Virus record (IMG/VR): IMGVR_UViG_3300035001_000008
Coordinates: 32,001-96,000 of that record
From: a virus
Length of the DNA stretch: 64,000 nucleotides
Strand: one strand, 5' to 3'
Below, piece after piece: positions 39,050-49,495 of the stretch. A program made the position numbers and the translations under genes. Below the pieces are notes generated by a model, which saw only the letters and a program-made list of their open reading frames with translations, was not told the origin of the DNA and ran no database searches. The stretch's first letter is position 1, and the number at the start of each line of letters is the position of its first letter.

Positions 39050-39953
39050 CCTTTAATTTTAGCTGCTTTGAATAAGAATGAATTCCTAAGCTTCTACGTT
39101 TATAATTTACGGCCATCGTTGTAACACCAATTAAAGCGGCTACAACATAATCAGGTTTTGTGCCCAATAAATCTATTTTGTCTTGCGTCCATGATGAATC
39201 TCTTAGAGATTTAATATCCAATAATCTTCGTAATTGCCCTACTACATTTTTAGTAATTCCTAATTCTTTAGCTAGCGTAGTATCTTCTACTTTACCAAGT
39301 TTATCTAATGCCCATTGCGGCCAACTATTGGGGTTAAAACCATTCGGCGTTGATAAGTCTTCATATTTAGGAATACCATTTTCAAGTCTTCTATTTTTTA
39401 TTAAAACAGTTGATACACCCGCTTGCCTAGCCAGCTCAGCATCATGCTCCTTACCCAACATATCCATTATGCTTTTAGGCAATTCTTTATAGTTAGCCTC
39501 TAAAACATTTTGGTATGCTTCAAGCCGCATCTTTTTACCCTTCTTAGGGCTAGGTCTTCCCGTAAGCGCTTTTGATATCTTTTTCCTTGTCTCTTCTGAA
39601 TAAACTCTATTTAATGTACCCTCGCCGCCATCTGTGAGGTTAGTTAATGGATACCCCATGTCTCTATAGGTCTTAATCCAGTATATTTCCCTTTCTTGCC
39701 AAGAATCCCCAAGTGCTACCGTTTCAATAGGCTTAATAGCAGGCTTAACCCCTTCATTCTCAAGCTTACGAAACCATCTGCTTTTATGCCAATGATGTCT
39801 AGCTGGTTGCCTAGATTCTGCTATATGCGTATTAAGCCTACGAATTAACGCTACTTCAGACTTGCCTACATATCTAGGCGTTTGCTTTTCATCTCTAGGG
39901 TCATATAAAACATAAATGACCACATCCTTAGATTTACGTGTTACCTTATTCAT
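39039..39953 (-). CDS. Free-standing GIY-YIG homing endonuclease with NUMOD3 and three HTH-like repeats
   Basis: IYVLYDPR...RYVGKS...R...H, ERE.YWI, NLTDGGEG, SEETRKKISKA, and repeats of the form LLG..PD..A..LG. Confidence 0.9.
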   Translation of the reverse strand: MNKVTRKSKDVVIYVLYDPRDEKQTPRYVGKSEVALIRRLNTHIAESRQPARHHWHKSRWFRKLENEGVKPAIKPIETVALGDSWQEREIYWIKTYRDMGYPLTNLTDGGEGTLNRVYSEETRKKISKALTGRPSPKKGKKMRLEAYQNVLEANYKELPKSIMDMLGKEHDAELARQAGVSTVLIKNRRLENGIPKYEDLSTPNGFNPNSWPQWALDKLGKVEDTTLAKELGITKNVVGQLRRLLDIKSLRDSSWTQDKIDLLGTKPDYVVAALIGVTTMAVNYKRRSLGIHSYSKQLKLKDAC

Positions 39954-39985
39954 ATCTGTTTAACACTCACATTGTTAAATGGCTA

Positions 39986-40021
39986 GATAACCCTTGAACC
40001 TCAGAGATTCAGGGGTTATTG
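39986..40021. terminator. Stem-loop between the divergent HEG/terL and RNase H units
   Basis: ATAACCCTTGAA-CCTCAGAGA-TTCAGGGGTTAT. Confidence 0.5.
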
Positions 40022-40141
40022 CTATTTTAGCTCAATTTATATAATTTATGCCTAGCGTTATACACACTTGGCACCCTTAGGTAAATCAAGCTAAGGCAAT
40101 GTATATTAAGGTAATACCTACGAATCGGAGATTATTGATAA

Positions 40142-40873
40142 GTGTCAGCTATTTATGTAGATGCATCGTATAAAAAAGGAGAAAAGCATGCAGGTGTAGG
40201 TGTTTACAACAGTGATACAGGTTTAGCTATTGGCAGAAGAATAGAAGCTGTTGTTAGCAGATATTGGCAAAGGATCACACTGCATGCTGAGCTTCACGCT
40301 ATAGGAGTTGCCGCCTTAATGGAAGGCGTTACTCACATAATCACAGACAGTAAAGATGCTGTAGAACTGTATAAAGGGTTAAAGGAAATACCTGAAGGTG
40401 TGCGTTTAACCTCGTTGCCTGATGGTTGTGAGTTGACATGGATACCCAGAGAGCAGAACCTCATAGCTGACTGGATGGCTAAAGCTCCTATGGATATAGA
40501 ACTACAACTGGCCCCTAACTTAGTTGATTTACCGACCCCTGAGCCTGCTGTAGTAGAACTTGCCCTTGATTTAGTAGAAGCTAAAAGACAAAAATGGATA
40601 GGCAATCTAAAATATACTCAGTTTTTAGATAGCGCTACTATTGAGTCAGTTAGGCAAGCTGACAGTTATATGCTTACAAGACTTATTGATGACGCTAAGT
40701 CTCAAGACAAATGGATTAAAGTAAATCAGGAATTAAAGACTAACATTAAAAAACTTAGACAGACTCAACAAGAATGGCACAACAAATATCAAAAACTAAA
40801 TAGTGAGTATTCTCGATTGACAAGAGAACTAGAATCACTTAAACAAGAATATGGCATAGATTCAGATGGCTAA
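40142..40873 (+). CDS. RNase H-like (RVT_3) domain protein with a C-terminal coiled coil
   Basis: YVDAS..G....GVG, AELHAI, ITDSK, WIPREQNLIAD. Confidence 0.85.
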   Translation: MSAIYVDASYKKGEKHAGVGVYNSDTGLAIGRRIEAVVSRYWQRITLHAELHAIGVAALMEGVTHIITDSKDAVELYKGLKEIPEGVRLTSLPDGCELTWIPREQNLIADWMAKAPMDIELQLAPNLVDLPTPEPAVVELALDLVEAKRQKWIGNLKYTQFLDSATIESVRQADSYMLTRLIDDAKSQDKWIKVNQELKTNIKKLRQTQQEWHNKYQKLNSEYSRLTRELESLKQEYGIDSDG

Positions 40874-40945
40874 AGCTATATAATGCAAATCACTACTTGA
40901 CCAAAAACCCTTTATAAGTTAAAGGTCTAATCTCACTCAATCTTT

Positions 40946-40996
40946 ATCCAATATTAGACAAAACCTATTGACCGTGATCACGCGCTAAGCTATAGT
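40946..40996 (+). promoter_or_regulatory. Operator plus sigma70 promoter of the ParB-like gene
   Basis: ATCCAATATTAGAC (40946-40959) then TTGACC-N17-TATAGT (40968-40996). Confidence 0.7.
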
Positions 40997-41025
40997 AAGT
41001 GAAATAGGACAAAGGAACTAAACCA

Positions 41026-41919
41026 ATGGCTAAGCTTGAAGACGTAATTAAGGCTCATGGTGGCGGTAAGCAATCCGGTAAGTTTGCAGTGCCTCTATCC
41101 ATGCTTCAGATTGATACCCAGCTAGATAAGCGTGACCGCACTACAGAACGCTATCAGATTCACTTTAATAATGTAAAAGCAGGCATCGTTACTCGTAAGG
41201 GCATTGAAGACACTATCGAGGTACATAGGGGTGTAGGTGACAATGCCGATACTCTGTATGTGGTTAATGGTCGTACTCGCACCTATGCGGCCCGTGAGGC
41301 TATCTCAGAAGGATTACTAGGGGACGTTACAGAAGATACGTTCCTAGTCCCTGTAGAGGTTAAACAAGGCAATGAGCTTGATTTCCTGGCTACTCAGTTT
41401 CGCACTCAGCAAGTTTTAACCCTCAGTGCTGCTGAGCAAGGCGCTATTGTGGCTGAGATGGTTCGCACTGCTGGAGGACTTGAAGATAAAGTAGCTGAAG
41501 CTTTAGGTAAGTCACTTAAACAAGTTCAAGACCTTCTCAAAGTCGATAGATTACTTCCTCAAGTAAAGGAAATGATTTCAAACGGTGACGTTGCTGTTAC
41601 CGTCGCTGTTGAACTAGCTGAGGAACATAGCGGTACTGAGCTAGTAGAAATCTTTAGCAAAGCTAAGGAAACTAAACAAGTTGAGCAGTCTGAAGATTCT
41701 GACAAACCTAAAAAAGGTAAAGGTAATCCTAAAAACAGACTAACTAAGCGTGACATTTACAATGCTAAATTCAATTCTCTGGCTGATTCAGAGCGTGAAT
41801 CACAAACTACCAGCATGTTGAATAACATCATCGCAGTACTTGAGGATCAAAAGCTTGACCCGTTCACCCTTAAGCAACTACACGACATCTCAGTTAAAGC
41901 ATTTGACAAAATGGATTAA
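41026..41919 (+). CDS. ParB/RepB/Spo0J N-terminal domain protein
   Basis: IEV...YVVNGRTRTYAA..A, LSAAEQG, VAEALGKS..V..LL.V..L...VK.MI..G. Confidence 0.8.
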   Translation: MAKLEDVIKAHGGGKQSGKFAVPLSMLQIDTQLDKRDRTTERYQIHFNNVKAGIVTRKGIEDTIEVHRGVGDNADTLYVVNGRTRTYAAREAISEGLLGDVTEDTFLVPVEVKQGNELDFLATQFRTQQVLTLSAAEQGAIVAEMVRTAGGLEDKVAEALGKSLKQVQDLLKVDRLLPQVKEMISNGDVAVTVAVELAEEHSGTELVEIFSKAKETKQVEQSEDSDKPKKGKGNPKNRLTKRDIYNAKFNSLADSERESQTTSMLNNIIAVLEDQKLDPFTLKQLHDISVKAFDKMD

Positions 41920-43347
41920 GGTTTCACTACACACTACGGAGTTTAATTAAATGGATACTGAAGAAAACTTTTATATTGGTGTACCTTGTGAAGGTCAGCG
42001 TTTAGCTGATGGTACATATTGGACTAACTGTGATGCTAATGTGGGTGATATATCTGAAACTCACCATTACGAAACTAAATATGATTCAGTAAATGGTCAT
42101 ATGTCTAAGTCTAAAAAGACTAAATGTATTGAAACTTCTACATTCAATGGCTTACCTTTTGCTAGATGGGAAGATATAGATACTGATTGGCGTAACGCTG
42201 TTAAATATTCAAACCATCAGTGGGGTTATAAATAATGAAAGTACTAGATTGGTGGGAATCAACCGCTTTAAGGACTGAAGCAGATGACGGAAAGCTTAGG
42301 GGTGAGATTGTTTATATCATGTATGACAATGTAGGAACACAACTATGGTGGAATGGTGTTGATTGGTCTAAAAACATTAACGATGCTACACCTATGATAA
42401 ATGACGGTAATTTATTTAATCAATTCAAATCAGGAGAACCTATTGTTTTAATTGAATATGAATACTTCACTGAAAGTATACTCAAATCCATTGCACATTA
42501 GACAAACGTGAGTTAAACTTAAAAAGTAACGCGCACAGCGCTAAGAAATAAAGGAAGGAAAACAACATGTCTAACGAAAGAATGTCTATTGAAGAAATAG
42601 TTCAACACAATGACGCTATCATGCAAAAGATAAGGAAGCTTATTGATCAATATGCACAGGCTATTGATAATGAATTACTTGACGAAGCTAGGCGAATAAT
42701 GGCTGAAAAGAGAAGCCTAGAAAAAGAACTCATTCGCTAGATTGCTAAGGGTGCATTTATTATTCAATGGAGTAATTAAAGGACTAGGTAAAATGCCATA
42801 CACAAAAGATCAAATAGTCATTATTATGACTGGACAACCAGACCAAGAAACATGCATTGACTTGTTTGAATCTAGTTGGTGGGAAGACTTTACACATGAG
42901 CAAGCAGCTTTTTTGCAATTCCATCAAGATAAACTATGTATGCCTTTTGGGTTATTCCATAAATACTTTGAAAACTTAATTGGCAGACCTGTTTACAGCC
43001 ATGAGTTCGCATCTAAACGTTTGCTACAAGAAGAACTAGAGACAGGTATTCATCCAACGTTAAATGAAATACTTGCCCAAATCCCATCTGAAAAGTTAAT
43101 CACTTTTACCCAAAATAATTAAAATGGACACTAACTATATTCAGAGACAGTTGAATCTTTATTACGGGACTACTAACATCCCGGCTCAATCTGATTGCCT
43201 ATGGCGTATCGCATCAAACGCTGATATCTACTCACCTGATGAATTAAACAATGTAGACAATCACAATCTACCTTTGTCAATGATTCAGCAAATACTTGAC
43301 TGGTTGTTTCAAAACAAGTTTTACTTTTAAGCGCTTCGCTTTAATTA

Positions 43348-43377
43348 AAAACCCCTAGGCTTTTGTCTAGGGGTTTT
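43348..43377 (+). terminator. Intrinsic terminator (repeated family)
   Basis: AAAACCCCTAG-GCTTTTGT-CTAGGGGTTTT. Confidence 0.75.
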
Positions 43378-43418
43378 CTTTGTCTCAACTTTATTTAATT
43401 AAGGGTGTTCAATACATT

Positions 43419-43453
43419 AACTTTGCCTAACGTGCAATGAAGTAAGGCATAAT
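43419..43453 (+). promoter_or_regulatory. Class B promoter (CTTTRYCTAA-N17-YATAAT)
   Basis: AACTTTGCCTAA-N17-CATAAT. Confidence 0.6.
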
Positions 43454-43870
43454 AGACATATAGAAACAAGGAAAGCAAATGATTAACCATCCTGAAGCAA
43501 AGATTAATAAACTAAACCGTCAACTTGCAGGCTATCCCGTAGTAGTTGGCCCATGCTATGAGCAATCTGGCGGTAAGTGGAAGCTTCTAGGGTATGAGGC
43601 CGCTAATCTAGGAAATAAGCGTATAACGTTCAATGTTAACCTTAATCAGCTAATGGATGCAGTAAACAATATGATTGACAACAATCATATTATGCTCAGA
43701 CCATACGCCTAATATCAACTAAACATTGGAGTTAAACAGATGACAGATAAAAATACGAGTATTGTACCTAGGCCGATTAAAAAGCGTACAGATGCTACGG
43801 TAAATCCGCTTAAGCGGCCAGATTATTTGATTCACTGGCAAAAGTTCAAACAGGCTAAAGACTGATAGTT

Positions 43871-43899
43871 AAAACCCCTGGTGATCACTAGGGGTTTTT
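43871..43899 (+). terminator. Intrinsic terminator (repeated family)
   Basis: AAAACCCCTGG-TGATCA-CTAGGGGTTTTT. Confidence 0.75.
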
Positions 43900-43940
43900 A
43901 TTTTGTCAGGCTTTACAGAACATGGCTAACTCAACATATT

Positions 43941-43975
43941 AACTTTACCTAATACTAGATAGGTAATGTCATAAT
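43941..43975 (+). promoter_or_regulatory. Class B promoter
   Basis: AACTTTACCTAA-N17-CATAAT. Confidence 0.6.
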
Positions 43976-44442
43976 AGGGATATAAGCAACCAAGGAAAGC
44001 AAATGAATCTCTTCACTTCCCTAGCTACTCAAATCGGCGTTACTGATGAAGTTGATACTTGCTCCTGTTGCGGTAAAACCAATCTAAAGCGTACTGTAGT
44101 TTTTGAAACTACTCAAGACTGGCAAGGTGACGGTGGCGATCAATTTGTTTTTTTCGGTACTACTTGCGCTACTAACGCTAAAAGCAAAGCTAAAAAGCGT
44201 TTTAATGATATCCGTTCTAAAGTTAATGCTGAGGGTTTAACTGAATCAGAACAACGTGATAAAGCAGCGCGTGAGAAGGTTAAAGTTGACTATGCTCGGT
44301 TTCTAGTCAACCGTGGTCATAGCCTACCTGAAGCTTGGGACATTGTTCGACATATCGAATCTCAGCCTAACGGTGTTTATCGTATGGCTACTAAACTTAA
44401 ACTAAGCGCTATCGCTTAAACTCAAATCAACCTTACCTACTC

Positions 44443-44465
44443 ACCCCGCTTAAGGCGGGGTTTTT
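44443..44465 (+). terminator. Intrinsic terminator
   Basis: ACCCCGC-TTAAG-GCGGGGTTTTT. Confidence 0.75.
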
Positions 44466-45894
44466 AATGCCAATAAAAAACCACTACTCAATAAAGCTTG
44501 CTGGCGCTGAATAGTGGTTTAGTTTAATTCGTTTGTCGTGTCCATACAAAGGAGGACTATTTACATTTTAGCTTTCTTCAAAACGTTACCCAAGTCATTA
44601 ATAGTTTCCTTTTTCAATCCAGCTATCAACATATCAAGGCTAATAGCATCACCATAACTAACAGCTTTATCTTTTTTCTCAATAGCACATTTCAAAGTAT
44701 CAACTGCAAACTCATAAGACACAGTACCTTTGAACTTAAGTTCAATTGAAACAGTTTTACCGTCTGTCTCAAAATGCCAAGTTCCTAGACAATCATCCAT
44801 AGTTTCAATCATTTTATTAATCCCCAATAAAATTAGTAAGTAACTCAGCAGTCCAATCAAAGCAATTAACCATTACTTGAGCTAAATCTAAAATAGCGTG
44901 TCTACTACAAAAATGAAGCATTATATCTTGGGGTGACATATCCCAATCAGAGCAACCATCCCACTTTACAGCACCTTTTGCTAAACACTCACCTAAGTCA
45001 AAGTAAGGCATAGTTTCGTTAGATGAGTTTAGTAATTCAATTGTTTTGGTGTTATTCTCCGAATAAGATTCAACAGACGCGAAAATATAGTAACCAACGC
45101 TATGTTCTTTCACATCGGCAAATGCGGTGTATCCTAAATCAATAAAATCTTTTCTTAGTAATTCAGACATTGGTAATCCTTTTAATTAATTCTAAAGTCA
45201 CCAGCAGCCGCTTTAAGGCGGCTAATCACTGATTAAGGTAACTCTCTACCAATTCACCCCTAACCTTTTGTAGATGCTCAATAAAAGCATCATACCCTTC
45301 GATGTCTGTCGCTATTTTAATCGAAGTATCTCCAAAGTGTAGAAAAATACCTTCGGTTACAATGTCACCGTCTGAATCGTAAGTGTTGATTGAGAATTTA
45401 GGATTGTTCATTCTCAACTCTCCTTAAAACTAAATTCTTTTTTATTCAAATTCTGTAGCAAAACAGCACCGTGATCCTTCTCAAATTTAAGCGTGTTTAA
45501 TCCCTGTGAAATAGATACATTCCAAGGGCCAAGGGTACTTAGAATAGCGTGAGCTTCTGATTCGGTCATTTTAATTTCTCTAATAATACATTCAAATAAT
45601 CAGGATACTTCTCTGCAAATTCAAGCCTTAGTTTTTTACAATGTTTTTCAGAAGATATTTTCAATTGAACTATTAGATCAAACTGAGCTTTTACGGCTGT
45701 ATACTCTGATTTATAACTATCGCCACAATCAGCATACATCCCATAAGCATCTACATTCTTTTTAGCCATCTCTAAATGAGCGTGTATGCCCTTAGCATTA
45801 GCCCTCAATAAACTTCTTTGTTTATAAGCACACAGAACTTCACCTATTGCTATATAAACTTCTTTCATTTTCAATTCCTCAATACTACCTAACA

Positions 45895-47223
45895 TTATAC
45901 AGCAACTAACTCTCTATCCTCAATTTCTTTATATTCAATTTCATCTAAATAAGGTTGGTAATAGATGGAAGAGAATTGAATATCCTCATCAGTGATTAGC
46001 AGTAGCTCACCATCAATCTCTACTAACTCAGATTCGTTAATGTAGCTGACGTCAGGTGGGTAATACGTAACGACAGATGCCCCGGACTGAAACCAAGTGA
46101 TAACCCAATCAATTGAACGGGCTAGACCTTCTATAGGGCGATTAAAACTATCTTTAGGGATGATAGTACCTCCAATAGCTTCCCACGCTTTAATAGCGCA
46201 TCGGCGTAATTGACTAAGGGTTTTGATAGAAGCATCTACAACAGACTGCACAGCAGTACCGATACTGAAAGATGCTTTCTTAGCTTGCACCTTCTCAGCG
46301 ACAATCATTTCCTCAATCGGACACTTGCCAGACTCAGACTCAGAACCCTTACCAGACCGTCTAGGAGCACGCCCTAGAAAGAACTCATGAGCTAGTACGG
46401 TTAGAAAGTTTTTATGCCCTGGTAGGTCTGCTAGCGTAGGCTGTTGAGTTGTAAAGTACCCATCAGCTTTACTTAGAAAGCAATGTTCAAGGTACTCATA
46501 CACATGCAGTAAGCGGTTAATTTTAAATTTACTGAGGTTTGTCGCGTAACGTCTGCCATCTACATAGGATGCGTCAACATCAAAGCAACCTAGAGCGGCT
46601 AGGTTGTTACGCACAAAGCGCATATAGTCTACACCTGTGTAGGCAGTATCACCACAAGACTTTTTAACAAACTTAGCCGACTGCTCAAGGCTTACCTGCT
46701 GCCAGTCTACTTCTAGCATCTCAGGCAGTAGAGTGTAGTCGATGGCGTATCCACTTTTTGATTGAGCATGGCCTACCCATTCAATAGCCTTGACCTTATC
46801 CATTAAGCAGTAGATTACATGCCCGATATATGCCAAGTGTGATTGAATCCCTCTCCTAGGAGCCGTCACCTTTCTAGGGTCTTTAGTGGTCTTGCTTACA
46901 ATGCTGTTAGGGTCTGCTAGTAGCTCAGCCCCTAAGCCATGTAGATAAAGCTCAAAGTCTTGGTCTAGGTTGGGTACTTGATACTGAGAGGTATACCGTA
47001 CCTGACTCTTACGGCTTTTAATCTCACCAGTCTTTTTACTGATATAGAACCTTTCACGCATGACCCTACCACCGTAGGCATCCACTGGATAAAGGGTTAA
47101 AGGGTGTAGTGAAGGCTGACCTATATCAGGGTTAAGCCAGTCCCTTGTTACTTCATCGTCTAATAGTGGTTGGTGATCTTTGTATTTATCAGGCAGGTAT
47201 GTTATCATGACGGTATTGAACAA
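45895..47223 (-). CDS. Putative replication initiator / DNA-binding protein B (paralogue of 8211..9164)
   Basis: LAALGCF...LLHVYEYLEHCF...LPGHKNF...PRRSGKGS. Confidence 0.4.
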   Translation of the reverse strand: MFNTVMITYLPDKYKDHQPLLDDEVTRDWLNPDIGQPSLHPLTLYPVDAYGGRVMRERFYISKKTGEIKSRKSQVRYTSQYQVPNLDQDFELYLHGLGAELLADPNSIVSKTTKDPRKVTAPRRGIQSHLAYIGHVIYCLMDKVKAIEWVGHAQSKSGYAIDYTLLPEMLEVDWQQVSLEQSAKFVKKSCGDTAYTGVDYMRFVRNNLAALGCFDVDASYVDGRRYATNLSKFKINRLLHVYEYLEHCFLSKADGYFTTQQPTLADLPGHKNFLTVLAHEFFLGRAPRRSGKGSESESGKCPIEEMIVAEKVQAKKASFSIGTAVQSVVDASIKTLSQLRRCAIKAWEAIGGTIIPKDSFNRPIEGLARSIDWVITWFQSGASVVTYYPPDVSYINESELVEIDGELLLITDEDIQFSSIYYQPYLDEIEYKEIEDRELVAV

Positions 47224-47482
47224 CTATATCTAATATACCACGGTTTTTTGCTTTTGAGCAAGCCGTGGTATTTTTTGTCTAATGGGCAACGCCAAATAAA
47301 ATTTGAAGTGGACAAGCCATATAACTTTAAGCCTCTATATATTTATCTCACTCCGTTTTATAAATTAAAATCTTTACCAGTGTTAAATATATAACTAGGT
47401 AAAGGTTTATGCGTTGTCCACTTGGATTAGAGGTACACCCTAAGCATTTCTACTCAATCACTGGATAAGCTTAATCAATTAA

Positions 47483-47836
47483 GTAAATATACTCAGCGTG
47501 TAAACACCATCAATTAACCTTCCAACAAATCAGATGGCCCTATTCTCACTCCTGCTATAGCCGACAAGGCATCACATAAGGCTGATAGTTCAGCACCAGA
47601 GAATCTAGGCATCTCATCAGCGGTTCTCATTCTACTAATAGATGTCTCATGCCTCTGCAACTTCTCAGCTAAAAGCTTGTTACTAATGCGATGTCTCGCC
47701 ATCACTTCATTTAAGCGCCATGTAAGCATGTGGGTTAACTAAAGCGGCTATGCTAGTATCCCTTACAATCTAGCTCTCACAAGCCCTTAGACTCACCTCT
47801 CAGCTTACAAATGATTAAATAGGTAAATGTACTCAG
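47483..47836. repeat. 14-bp direct repeat flanking the HTH gene
   Basis: GTAAATATACTCAG (47483-47496) and GTAAATGTACTCAG (47823-47836). Confidence 0.7.
47514..47729 (-). CDS. Cro/C1-type HTH regulator (cyanobacterial HTH_26-like)
   Basis: WRLNEVMARHRISNKLLAEKL...SISRMR..DEMPR.....L..LC.AL......P.DLL. Confidence 0.85.
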   Translation of the reverse strand: MLTWRLNEVMARHRISNKLLAEKLQRHETSISRMRTADEMPRFSGAELSALCDALSAIAGVRIGPSDLLEG

Positions 47837-48800
47837 TTACAGGCTTTACACAACTACTGTTTAACTTTACGCTAAGTTTATGTAACGTTAGACAGAGTGA
47901 GGTATATTAAAAGGGTGGTGAGACAGAGGACATACGGATGAAACGCGACAAACTTTTTTATCAAGCTGTAATGACGCATAATTGTTATGTAATTGGTAAT
48001 TTAGCTACATCTGCTACAGGTCGTAGACTAGCAGCTTTGATAGAACTATCAGAGTTAAAGTTTCAGATGGCTAACGACATTGGCATTGTAGAAGGATTAG
48101 ATGCTGTGATTGAAAAAATACTTCGATACTACGATGTGCAAAAAGCTATCAAAAGCTACGTAGCCAGTTAAAATAATACTTAATGGTTTAGTAGTCGAAC
48201 TTTAGGGCTTGAAAGTATTAATTTATTTTACAGGATTTAACCCTATGAACAGCACCATGAATGATTTAGCTAATAAGCAATGGCCTGCAATTTTTCAAAA
48301 CACTAGTTTGATTCAATCTCTACCAGAACGTGAGCTATGCGCTCAAATCTTCTGTGCTTGGGCCTTGTGTTCAATTAGACCTGAAGTGCATAACAACTTT
48401 GGGCATGTAATGGCTGCTTGTGCTACTCGACTATGTGTATCAGTGACGGATGAATCACTTACTCAATACTGCAAGGATAAAGGTTGGTTGTCTTAAGCCC
48501 TATTACAAGTTAAATTAAATAGATTAAAGGATATTCAATTATGCCAAACGACTACATACCGTATAGCGACCTTTTAGCATTTGGTCATAAATTTAATGCT
48601 CTGCTAAAAGCTTATGCTGAAAAAGAAGGGGTTAAGTATGACTTAATGGATTTATTTAATCGTGGTGTAAAAGCTTTAGAGTACGCGCAAGCTAAAAATA
48701 AAATACCTAATGACGCTACTATGCACTACGCCGCTCAGCAATGGGTTAAATGGATAAAGGAGGGTAAGCCTTAATAGTTTAATTAATTACGTTTACCCCA

Positions 48801-48829
48801 TTGCACATTAAACAAACATCTGCTACACT
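48801..48829 (+). promoter_or_regulatory. Class A sigma70 promoter
   Basis: TTGCAC-N17-TACACT with ATTAAAC after the -35. Confidence 0.6.
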
Positions 48830-49412
48830 CAACATGTACATTAGGATTCAATTAAATGGAAAACGATAAGCAATATACGATTCACGATGCTATTGACGTT
48901 ACCACTTCGCTAAGTAAGCAAGCGTTTAACGCTTATAAACAAGCTTTCTTTAGTGAAGCTGCTGAGCAACGTTATGATGCTACGGGTAAAGCAATTGGCA
49001 ATGCAGCTATTGAAGCCGTTAAACTTACACGTACTGTTAAATCTAAACTGAATAAGCCTCAACCTGAATAAGTAACCAGCACAGCCTGTAAGCCTCTAGA
49101 ACATACCTTAAGCATTTTAAGACTACAGTGTATCTTTAAGGCTTAAAGCTGTTCTAGAGGCATTAACGTTTCTCTAATTAAAGAAAAGGATTAACATGGA
49201 ATTTTTAATTTATGAACAAAGCGAGCATAGACAAGAAATAAAAGAAGTCACCCCTAAACAGTTGTATCACTGGGTAAACAATACGAGTTACACCTATGTC
49301 AAAAAATATGAAATTAATGCTTTTGGGCAGAATGCAAAACTAGGTCAATCTATCATGTCTGATTTTGAATATGGATACTTAATTGTTACTCGTATCCGGT
49401 AAATCAACATTC

Positions 49413-49495
49413 AACCCTTAGCCACAAACTAAGGGTTTTTATTTGTCTAATCTTCATCTAACGCTATTGCATGTTTGGTTTACATTTGCGATAAT
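49413..49495 (+). promoter_or_regulatory. Terminator-operator-promoter junction
   Basis: AACCCTTAG-CCACAAA-CTAAGGGTTTTT, ATCTAACGCT at 49456, TTGCAT-N17-GATAAT (49467-49495). Confidence 0.65.

Noticed and set aside
37463-39953. Group I intron or intein splitting terL
   Set aside because: TerL is continuous from Walker A to the nuclease domain, and the HEG lies upstream of it; no intron core or intein motifs seen.
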